47,025 nucleotides of DNA, taken from positions 1-47,025 of the forward strand of contig JAPKCG010000001.1 of the NCBI GenBank assembly GCA_028823055.1, given 5' to 3'. Position numbers and translations under genes: made by a program. The DNA is from Sphingomonas bacterium. Its GTDB lineage: Bacteria > Pseudomonadota > Alphaproteobacteria > Sphingomonadales > Sphingomonadaceae. Numbering within the stretch: position 1 is the stretch's first letter; the number at the start of each line of letters is the position of its first letter. Of the stretch, positions 40,101-47,025 are shown in pieces. Below the pieces are notes generated by a model. That model was not told the origin of the DNA and did not search any database. It saw only the letters and a list, made by a program, of their open reading frames with translations.

Positions 40101-40425
40101 GGTGATGTCCGCGATCCGCGAACGGAGCGAAGCCGGGGAGCCGATAGCGGAGGCGATCCGCCACGGCATGGCCGAGAAGATGCGGGCCGTCATCATGACC
40201 GGCTTCGTGCCCGCAATCGGCTTCGTGCCGATGGCGCTTGCCCACGGCACCGGTGCCGAAGTGCAAAAGCCACTTGCCACGACTGTAATCGGTGGGCTCA
40301 TCGCCGCCACCATCCTCACACTGCTCGTGCTGCCTGCCATCGCCAAGGTCGTGCTCGGTGCGGGCGAGCGCATGTCAGCACGGCGATCAACCAAACAGCC
40401 GGACGCAGAGCCGGTTCATGAGTGA
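37183..40425 (+). CDS. czcA: CzcA-family heavy-metal RND permease (copy 2)
   Basis: LPIDAVPDITT, MSLGALDFGLIVDGAVIIIEN. Confidence 0.95.
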   Translation: MIANLMALSVRLRWTVLALFLVIGGLGLWQLTKLPIDAVPDITTNQVQINTIDPRLSPVEIEKLVTYPVEIALAGIPGLETTRSISRNGFSQVSAIFTDSTDLYFARQQVGERLRQATENLPDGVQPQVGPVSTGLGEIVMYTVGYANPDGKGAKKVAGQPGWQPDGSYLTPEGERLTDAVTKASYLRTVQDWIIGPQLRSVKGIAGVDSIGGYAKTFVVEPDPTKLAAFGVSYSELGQALENANLAVGANYYNRGGEAYLVRVDSRVRTVDEIRNAVAATRGGTPVTIGQIANVRVGGDLRTGAGSMNGREAVIGTVLMLIGQNSRVVAEAATAKLDQVAKTLPPGVEVKVVLNRAALVGATVATVQRNLTEGAILVAASLFLLLGNWRAAVIATLVIPFSFLMMAMGMNAFNVPGNLMSLGALDFGLIVDGAVIIIENCLARLAHRQEHEGRLLSLRERLEETMRAAQEMIRPTVYGQAIILLAFAPLLTFTGTEGKTFSPMAITIMLALVAAFILAITLVPALVAIMIRGKVAEKDVWLIRKSKDRYLPLLDKAIARPWPFILGGLAFFLAALPAFGLLGSEFIPQLDEKNLAFASTRVPSVSLDQSLAMERKVEEAVMKVPEVALMFSKTGTAEVASDPMPPNVSDGFIILKEKEEWAEGTTKADVVAKIEKATGGLLGNLYEVSQPIQLRFNELIAGVRGDVAIKLYGDDLDKMALTANEMVRVLQTIPGAASVKAEQVGGAPALDVRLDRAAIARYGLTVRDVADTVAAGLGGRESGLVYEGDRRFDVTVRVPEATRANLDDIRVLPVLLPEVEGRPRAQVPLAQVAQIRLTEGLNQISRENGKRRVVVQVNLGGRDAGSFVQEAQAKIAQVKLPAGYYLEWGGQFENLAAASKRLSIVVPLCFLVIFGLLYMALGGFGRAAAVFLAVPLGLAGGVFTLVLTGISFSVSAAVGFICLAGVAVLNGLVVMSAIRERSEAGEPIAEAIRHGMAEKMRAVIMTGFVPAIGFVPMALAHGTGAEVQKPLATTVIGGLIAATILTLLVLPAIAKVVLGAGERMSARRSTKQPDAEPVHE

Positions 40426-40438
40426 TGGAGAGATGAGC

Positions 40439-40780
40439 ATGCAGACGAAACTGCTCCGCATCTACACCGACGAGTCGGCCTATTTCGGCGATCGCAAGGT
40501 GTTCCAGGAGATTGCAGCGAGGGCAAAAGATGCCGGACTGGCTGGCGTAACAATCTTGGAAGCGCTGATAGGGTTCGGCCAGTCGGTGCATATGCACCAG
40601 CGCCACGTTCTTGAGAGCGACCGCGCTGTCGTGATCGAAATCGTCGAGGACGAGGCGCGCGTCCGCGCCTTCGCGGCCCAGTTGGCAGACATCACCGGCA
40701 TTGGCTTGATTACGGTGGAGGCCATCGAGGTAATCGGTGGCGCTTCATCGCTTTATCCTCAATCCAGCCCTGCCGCGTAG
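40439..40780 (+). CDS. DUF190 (PII-like) protein
   Basis: KLLRIYTDE, GLAGVTILEALIGFG, VVIEIVE; RBS GGAGAG. Confidence 0.8.
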   Translation: MQTKLLRIYTDESAYFGDRKVFQEIAARAKDAGLAGVTILEALIGFGQSVHMHQRHVLESDRAVVIEIVEDEARVRAFAAQLADITGIGLITVEAIEVIGGASSLYPQSSPAA

Positions 40781-40789
40781 GAGGACAGC

Positions 40790-41275
40790 TTGTTCGAGGT
40801 GGACAGTTCTCTGGCTCTCCCGGTGCCGGTCGGCCGCGTCTGGCGCGTGCTGTCCGACTTCAATCATTACCGAGACTGGCACCCGTTTGTGACACTTAAA
40901 GGTGAAGCGGCGCTCGGGTCCGTCCTGGAGTTGGAGCATAAGACCCGCATCCGATCGCTGCCGCCGATCGGCGCGCAGGCGAAGGTGGTTAGGTTCGACC
41001 CCAACGCCAGCGTAGCCTGGAAGATTGCCATGCGAGGTTTGGTGGGTGTTGAGGAAGGTTTTGAGCTCCGGAAAACCGAGCATGGCACTGAACTGAGGCA
41101 TCACATGCGCTGCAGCGGTATCGTAGCACTGCTTGGCATCGGACCAGTTCGGCGCCGAATGGATGAAGCGCTAGCCCTCACAAACCGATCTCTGTCCAGA
41201 TTTCTCGCGCGCGGCACGACAATCTCTCGCTACACCCCTATGCGGAAGCGGCCGGCTACACGGGGGCGTAGATGA
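40790..41275 (+). CDS. SRPBCC-family protein
   Basis: RBS AGGAGG with TTG start; PVGRVWRVLSDFNHYRDWHPF. Confidence 0.75.
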   Translation: MFEVDSSLALPVPVGRVWRVLSDFNHYRDWHPFVTLKGEAALGSVLELEHKTRIRSLPPIGAQAKVVRFDPNASVAWKIAMRGLVGVEEGFELRKTEHGTELRHHMRCSGIVALLGIGPVRRRMDEALALTNRSLSRFLARGTTISRYTPMRKRPATRGRR

Positions 41276-42762
41276 AAATCATCGCCAACTCTGTGGTTGC
41301 AGCTGCCCTTCTTTTCACGCTCGAGGGTTCGGCAAGAGCGGATACGCTGCGAGAAGCGCTCGTGGCCGCCTACCGAACCAATCCGAGCCTGACGGGGGCT
41401 CGTGCGGGTCTCCGGGCGACTGATGAAGGCGTACCGATCGCGAAGGCGGCGGGACGTCCAGCACTGTCGGCGACGGCCGACTACCAAGAGTTTGTCGTTC
41501 GATCGGCCAATAGCTTTTCCGCTCCTTTGAGAGCGGCCAACGCGGCCGCCAACCTGTCGCTTCCGCTTTATCAAGGTGGGCGGGTCAAGAATGGCATTCG
41601 CGCGGCCGATGCGCGCGTGGACTCCGGTCGTGCCAACCTTCGAGCGACCGAAGTGGACGTTTTCACCGCGATCGTATCGGTCTACATGGACGTGATCCGC
41701 GACAGCGCTATCGTTGAGTTGAACGCTCGTAATGTCAGCGTCCTTGAGACGAATAAGCGGGCATCGCAGGATCGCTTCCAAATCGGAGACCTTACACGAA
41801 CCGATGTTGCGCAGTCAGAGGCGCGGCTCGAACTCGCGCGGGGGCAACTTGAACTGGCTCAATCGCAGCTGGTCACGAGTCTCGAAAACTATCTACGCTT
41901 CGTAGGCGTGCCAGCACATGATCTGGAGCAGCCCCCAGAATTGCCGGGGCTTCCTCGGACCGTCGAGGCAGCGCTCGCAACGGCAGTGGACAACAACCCC
42001 TTGCTCGTTGCCGCAAAGGCGGATGCCGCGGCGACCCGTTATGACATCCGCGTGGCTGAGGCCGCCCGGCTCCCGCGGCTGTCAGCTGTCACCTCAAGCA
42101 ACTACAACAACTATTTGGGATCGCTTGTCAGCACGATCCCTGGCCGTTCATTTCTGCAGGCGCAGCGAACCGCAACCGTTGGCCTTTCTGCGACGATCCC
42201 ACTCTATCAAGGCGGCTTGCCCGCTGCTCAGGTGAGGCGCGCGCAGGCGCTTTCCAGTCAATCGCTGGAGCAGATCGTGTTCGTCGAACGCCGTGTGGTC
42301 GCGGAGACGCGAGCCGCCTTTACCCGGCATCGCGCCACTGAAAGGGTGATACGGTCTTCACAGGCGGCGGTGTCTGCAAACGAACTCGCGCTGGAAGGCG
42401 TACGTGCCGAAAACTCGGTCGGTACGCGCAATGTGCTCGACGTCCTTAATGCCGAACAAGAGCTCCTCAACAGCAGGACGACGCTCGTGACCGCCCAGCG
42501 CGACGCCTATGTCGCCAGTTTCGCACTGCTCGCGGCGATGGGACGGGCCGAGGCACGCGACCTCGGCCTTTTTGGCGGCGAGCTTTTCCAGCCCCGTCTT
42601 CGCGATCGGCTACCTTCTGCACCATCCTTTCGGGACGGTTCGTATGGGCCCGCCGACTTGCCGCCGTCCGCAGAGCCACGGTCAGCCGGTGCTGCGTCCG
42701 TCACAGGCGAGCTGGCCGAGCTTGGCGAAGCGCCAGCCTCCAAGCCAGGAACGCCTCGATGA
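41272..42762 (+). CDS. tolC: TolC-family (type I secretion-type) outer membrane protein
   Basis: TLREALVAAYRTNPSL, GDLTRTDVAQSEAR, VGTRNVLDVLNAEQEL. Confidence 0.9.
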   Translation: MKIIANSVVAAALLFTLEGSARADTLREALVAAYRTNPSLTGARAGLRATDEGVPIAKAAGRPALSATADYQEFVVRSANSFSAPLRAANAAANLSLPLYQGGRVKNGIRAADARVDSGRANLRATEVDVFTAIVSVYMDVIRDSAIVELNARNVSVLETNKRASQDRFQIGDLTRTDVAQSEARLELARGQLELAQSQLVTSLENYLRFVGVPAHDLEQPPELPGLPRTVEAALATAVDNNPLLVAAKADAAATRYDIRVAEAARLPRLSAVTSSNYNNYLGSLVSTIPGRSFLQAQRTATVGLSATIPLYQGGLPAAQVRRAQALSSQSLEQIVFVERRVVAETRAAFTRHRATERVIRSSQAAVSANELALEGVRAENSVGTRNVLDVLNAEQELLNSRTTLVTAQRDAYVASFALLAAMGRAEARDLGLFGGELFQPRLRDRLPSAPSFRDGSYGPADLPPSAEPRSAGAASVTGELAELGEAPASKPGTPR

Positions 42763-42944
42763 GCGCTGAACAGGCCTATCTCGTTTCGGGGCGGCACTCC
42801 AAGTGGCGCGACCTGACGCTCTGGACCGCATGGCCGGCGCATCTGGAGCATGGCTCCAGACACAAGGGAGATCGTACCGAAGAGGTCTGCTGTCGAACCC
42901 AAGGAACGCCGTCGCTGGCTATTGCTCCCGCTATTCGGAGCGCG

Positions 42945-43265
42945 GCAAGTACATGGATCTTGCTCCGAGATACGACCAACGTGCTTCTGGAGGGCGTGCC
43001 GAGGGGCCTTGAGTTAAAAAAGGTGCGGATGGCAATCGCGAGCGTACCGGATGTGGCGGGGGTCCATGACCTCCACGTCTGGTCGATGAGCGACGATGAC
43101 AGCACATGTACGGTGCACGTAACAGTGACGGCGGGAGCCGACGCCAACACCGTACGGCAAGCCGTCGCCACACTGCTCGACGAGCAGTTCGAGATCGAAC
43201 ACACGACGGTTCAGACCGAGGCTCCGGGCGAAGTGTCCGAGGAGTTGCGCCATGGTCATGACTGA
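42945..43265 (+). pseudogene. C-terminal remnant of a CzcD-type CDF transporter
   Basis: LLRDTTNVLLEGVP, VHDLHVWSM, FEIEHTTVQTE; TM domain missing. Confidence 0.8.
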
Positions 43266-43527
43266 TAATCCGGTGGGCCCAACGCGAAGTGGGCGGCTGT
43301 TCCGATTGAATGGCGCTGCTTCGCGCTTTTTGCTCTTCCGAAGTTCATCAGTCCCCGCAGGCGACCCGGAACCCTGGCGATCAGTCCCCGATCGGTCGCT
43401 TGTGAGAAGGACTGCGCCGTGGGCGAAGCGCTCCCCCGCGTTTCGCCTACGGCAGACATTCGTGTGTGCCCCAATCCGAATGTTCGGATTTGGGGCGGGA
43501 CAACGGTCCGCCCGGGACAGTGCGCGG

Positions 43528-43881
43528 GTGCGTCTCTGGCCGCTTATTTTGCTTCTGTCCGTCGGAGCGGCGCTCGCCGGATGCTCGAAAGAGCCCGGCG
43601 ACGCCAACCCGACCGCCGGCCGGCAGTTGTTCAATGCAAATGCGAACACGATCGGCGAGCAGCGCTATCGCTGCAGCGATGGCTCGCAGTGGCATGTCGA
43701 TACGCTCGGCGATGGACTGACGATCACGCTGACGCCCATGCCGACCGGCAAACAGGAGCGGCTTGATACGCCCGCCCAAGGACTGACCTATGTCGGAGAT
43801 CGGATCGCCGCGACCTTTTCCAAAAACGCTCTCACCATCGAGCGTAGCGACGGTCCAGCCGTCGCTTGTCAGCGAAACTGA
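43528..43881 (+). CDS. Lipoprotein, MliC-like fold possible
   Basis: LAGC lipobox, RYRCSDG and a terminal Cys; start uncertain (43480 or 43528). Confidence 0.6.
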   Translation: MRLWPLILLLSVGAALAGCSKEPGDANPTAGRQLFNANANTIGEQRYRCSDGSQWHVDTLGDGLTITLTPMPTGKQERLDTPAQGLTYVGDRIAATFSKNALTIERSDGPAVACQRN

Positions 43882-43893
43882 GGATCGCAGCAC

Positions 43894-44583
43894 ATGCCGA
43901 CGGTTCTTCTTTACACGATCATCCCGGTGCTAGCGGTCGTCCTTGGATCGATCGCGGCCAGCTTGCGGCGGCCAAGCGCCAGGTTCGTCAGCGCCATGCA
44001 GCACCTGGCTGCCGGCGTAGTCTTCGCGGCGGCTGCGACCGAAATCCTGCCACAGGTCATGCATCAGGCCTCTCCTGCCGCAACCCTGCTCGGCGGTTCG
44101 CTGGGCGTCGGCACCATGCTGGGCCTCAAGGCCATCGAAGCGCGGTTCAAGGGTCCTGTCGCTCTCCTCGCAGCGATCGGCCTTGACATCCTGATCGACG
44201 GCCTCGTTCTCGGCCTTGCGTTTATTGCCGGCGCGAAGGCAGGCTTGCTGCTGACGATCGCGCTTACTTTAGAAGTGCTCTTCCTTGGGCTGACGCTGAC
44301 GACGGAGCTCGGCGAAACGCTCAAATCACGGCTCAAAGTCGTAGCGACAGTTAGCACACTGGCCATACTGCTCCCCCTGGGTGCACTGATCGCGACACCG
44401 ATTGCGACCCTTTCACCTGTAGTGATCGCCGGCTTTCTAAGCTTCGGCCTGATGGCGCTGCTTTATCTCGTCACCGAGGAGCTACTCGCCGAAGCGCATG
44501 AGACGCCCGACACCCCGCTCATCAGCGCCATGTTTTTCGTCGGTTTTCTGGGTCTTCTCCTGCTTGAAGAGGTGATGGGATGA
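43894..44583 (+). CDS. ZIP-family metal transporter
   Basis: QHLAAGVVFAA, DILIDGLVLG, LYLVTEELLAEAHE. Confidence 0.85.
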   Translation: MPTVLLYTIIPVLAVVLGSIAASLRRPSARFVSAMQHLAAGVVFAAAATEILPQVMHQASPAATLLGGSLGVGTMLGLKAIEARFKGPVALLAAIGLDILIDGLVLGLAFIAGAKAGLLLTIALTLEVLFLGLTLTTELGETLKSRLKVVATVSTLAILLPLGALIATPIATLSPVVIAGFLSFGLMALLYLVTEELLAEAHETPDTPLISAMFFVGFLGLLLLEEVMG

Positions 44584-45176
44584 CCTCTTCCGCCAAATGC
44601 GGTGAGCGCTCGACCTTGTGGATCGTTCTGCTCCTCAATGCGGCCATCGCTGCCGGTTTCTTCGCAACCGGACTGATCGCCGACTCCAGCGCGCTGATCG
44701 CCAACGGCGTGGACAATCTCTCCGATACAGCGGTGTACGCGCTCAGCCTCGTCGCGCTCAGTCATGGGCCGACGTGGAAGACACGGGCCGCGATGGCGTC
44801 GGGCATTATGCTGCTCATCTTTGCGGGCGGCATCCTGCTCGACGTCGGTCGTCGGTACATCCAGGGCAGCGAGCCGATCGGTCCCACCATGATGGTCATG
44901 TCGGCGATTGCCGGGGTCGTGAATTATATCTGCCTGCGCCTGCTTCAGCGGATCAAACAGCCCGATGTGAACCTGCGTGCCGCGACGACCTTCAGCTTCA
45001 ACGATTTCATCTCCAACGGCGGCATTCTGATCGCGGGCGCGCTGGTGCTATGGCTGGGGACGAATTGGCCCGATCTTCTGGTCGGCCTGGCCACCGCTCT
45101 TATCGCTATCATAGGCGGCATCGAGATCCTGCGCGATGCGCGGGCAGAAACCAAGACCAACGCGGAGACGGCGTGA
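44580..45176 (+). CDS. Short CDF-family cation transporter
   Basis: SSALIANGVDNLSD, FSFNDFISN, WPDLLVG. Confidence 0.85.
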   Translation: MTSSAKCGERSTLWIVLLLNAAIAAGFFATGLIADSSALIANGVDNLSDTAVYALSLVALSHGPTWKTRAAMASGIMLLIFAGGILLDVGRRYIQGSEPIGPTMMVMSAIAGVVNYICLRLLQRIKQPDVNLRAATTFSFNDFISNGGILIAGALVLWLGTNWPDLLVGLATALIAIIGGIEILRDARAETKTNAETA

Positions 45177-47025
45177 TGACCGAAAAGCTCGAACTCGATA
45201 TTCCCGTCCTTCTGCCCGAGGTTCCCGACGCGGCCGATGCCTGTGTCGGCCGCCTGGTCTCGACGTTGAGCGCCAAGCCCGGCGTCGAGCGCGCGCACGT
45301 CCTCGCCGCCGATGGCGATACGCCGGCAAAGCTCTGTATCCATTTCGACGGCGAAGCGCTGCCGCTGTCACGCGTGCGCGACATGGTGCGGGCGGCAGGT
45401 GCCGAGATCAGCGGGCGATATGGTCATGCGACATGGCAGGTCGAAGGGATCAGCCACGAACGCCGCGCCCGCACCGTCGGCGAGACTCTGTGCCAGATGC
45501 CTGGCGTGCTGCAGGCGGATGCCAGCGCCTCGGGCAGCGTCCGCGTCGAATATGACAAAGAACGCGTCGACGAAGCGGCGATCCTCGCGGCACTGAGCAA
45601 GCTCAAGGTCAAACCCGGCAAGCGGACTGGCTCCGATAAGGCCGACGACCATGTCGGACACGATCACAGCTCCGGCGACCATGCCGGCCACGATCACGGG
45701 CCTGGCGGCCATGCCGAAGGCGCGGAAAAGCACGGACCGGGTGATGGTCATGATCACGCGCACGCTAATTTCCTCGGTCCTTATACCGAGCTGATCTTCG
45801 CGCTGGCGTGCGGCGCGCTGCTGGCGATCGGCTTCGCCGTCGAGAAGCTGATTGCGGGCGTGCCCGACTGGCTGCCGACCGCCTTCTATATCGGCGCCTA
45901 CGTCTTCGGCGGCTTCTTCACGCTGCGCGAGGCGATCGATAATCTCAAACTCAAGAAGTTCGAGATCGATACGCTGATGCTCGTCGCGGCCGCCGGCGCT
46001 GCGGCGCTGGGTGCCTTTGCGGAAGGCGCGCTGCTGCTGTTCCTATTCAGCCTCGGCCATGCGCTGGAGCATTATGCGATGGGGCGGGCCAAGCGCGCGA
46101 TCGAGGCACTGGCCGAACTTGCGCCCGCAACGGCGACGGTGCGCCGCGACGGGCAGACCACGGAGCTGCCAGTCGAGGAGCTGGTGGTCGGCGACGTCGT
46201 GATCGTCCGCCCGAACGAGCGACTGCCCGCCGACGGCTTTGTCACTAAAGGGTCGAGCGCGATCAATCAGGCTCCCGTCACCGGCGAAAGCATTCCCGTC
46301 GACAAGGAACCCGTCGCCAATGTCGAGACGGCGCGCGCGAAGCCCGATGCAGTCGAGGCGACGTCGCGGGTGTTCGCCGGCACGATCAATGGTGGTGCCG
46401 CGATCGAGATCGAGGTCACGCGGCGTTCCAATGAAAGCGCGCTCGCCAAAGTCGTGAAGATGGTGAGCGAGGCGGAGACGCAGAAGTCGCCCACGCAGCG
46501 GTTCACCGATCGGTTCGAGCGCATCTTCGTGCCGGCGGTCCTGGCCCTCTCGTTCATCCTGCTGTTCGCGTGGGTCGTGGTCGACGAACCGTTCCGCGAC
46601 AGCTTCTATCGCGCGATGGCGGTGTTGGTCGCCGCCAGCCCTTGCGCGCTGGCGATCGCTACGCCCAGCGCGGTACTGTCTGGCGTCGCGCGGGCGGCGC
46701 GCGGCGGCGTGCTAGTGAAGGGCGGCGCGCCGCTGGAAAACCTGGGCTCACTGAAGGCGATCGCGTTCGACAAGACGGGCACGCTGACAGAGGGCCGTCC
46801 CCGCATCACCGATGTCGTCCCCGTCGACGGCGCGAGCGAAGAGGATCTGTTAGCGCTCGCCGTCGCGGTCGAGGGCTTGAGCGATCACCCGCTGGCACAG
46901 GCGATCGTGAAGGACGGACGCGAGCGCCTGGGCGGCCGCGACCTCCCGGCCGCAACCGATCTCAAGAGCCTGACTGGACGCGGTGTCACCGCGATCGTCG
47001 ATGGCGAGACGGTGTGGATTGGCAA
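45176..47025 (+). CDS. P1B-4 (CzcP-like) heavy-metal ATPase, runs off the window
   Basis: Not in the ORF track. ATG overlaps the CDF stop; His-rich linker (HVGHDHSSGDHAGHDH), TGES, SPC, DKTGT, SDHP. Confidence 0.92.
   Translation, partial: MTEKLELDIPVLLPEVPDAADACVGRLVSTLSAKPGVERAHVLAADGDTPAKLCIHFDGEALPLSRVRDMVRAAGAEISGRYGHATWQVEGISHERRARTVGETLCQMPGVLQADASASGSVRVEYDKERVDEAAILAALSKLKVKPGKRTGSDKADDHVGHDHSSGDHAGHDHGPGGHAEGAEKHGPGDGHDHAHANFLGPYTELIFALACGALLAIGFAVEKLIAGVPDWLPTAFYIGAYVFGGFFTLREAIDNLKLKKFEIDTLMLVAAAGAAALGAFAEGALLLFLFSLGHALEHYAMGRAKRAIEALAELAPATATVRRDGQTTELPVEELVVGDVVIVRPNERLPADGFVTKGSSAINQAPVTGESIPVDKEPVANVETARAKPDAVEATSRVFAGTINGGAAIEIEVTRRSNESALAKVVKMVSEAETQKSPTQRFTDRFERIFVPAVLALSFILLFAWVVVDEPFRDSFYRAMAVLVAASPCALAIATPSAVLSGVARAARGGVLVKGGAPLENLGSLKAIAFDKTGTLTEGRPRITDVVPVDGASEEDLLALAVAVEGLSDHPLAQAIVKDGRERLGGRDLPAATDLKSLTGRGVTAIVDGETVWIG

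Noticed and set aside
37783-40266. 827-aa minus-strand ORF (likewise 25224-26753)
   Set aside because: Antisense shadows of the czcA genes.
42759-42944. N-terminal part of the 168-aa ORF
   Set aside because: No CDF similarity; read-through into the czcD remnant.
43347-43510. NiCo (czcD) riboswitch
   Set aside because: Only scattered short matches (GCAGGC, GGGACA); the four-way junction could not be built, so it is kept only as an unknown structured region.

Overview
GC-rich alphaproteobacterial (Sphingomonadaceae-like, inferred) heavy-metal resistance island, probably on a plasmid or ICE. From left to right it holds: a partial tonB divergent from a cytochrome c/FTR1 (PbrT-like) permease; a cusCBAF-type Cu/Ag efflux operon; cueR and two small Cu-associated genes; a 5.0-kb Tn552-like transposon with symmetric ends; a Cre-like tyrosine recombinase; an nreA/CDF/nreB Ni-Co unit; czcCBA copy 1; a truncated czcC followed by an Xre-RES toxin-antitoxin pair; a GH130 gene; a CadR-like merR; and czcCBA copy 2 followed by DUF190, SRPBCC, TolC, ZIP, CDF and a P1B-4 ATPase that runs off the window. 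Many gene remnants are interspersed. The most striking pattern is that all four RND-efflux transcription units begin with a small secreted Cys/His/Met-rich ORF ending in a Pro-Pro motif (LRPP three times, PDPP once). In each case the ORF's stop codon lies in one arm of a stem-loop whose other arm contains the downstream Shine-Dalgarno. This suggests a family of metal-sensing ribosome-arrest leader peptides (inference). All family assignments come from motif recognition by eye; no database searches were run.
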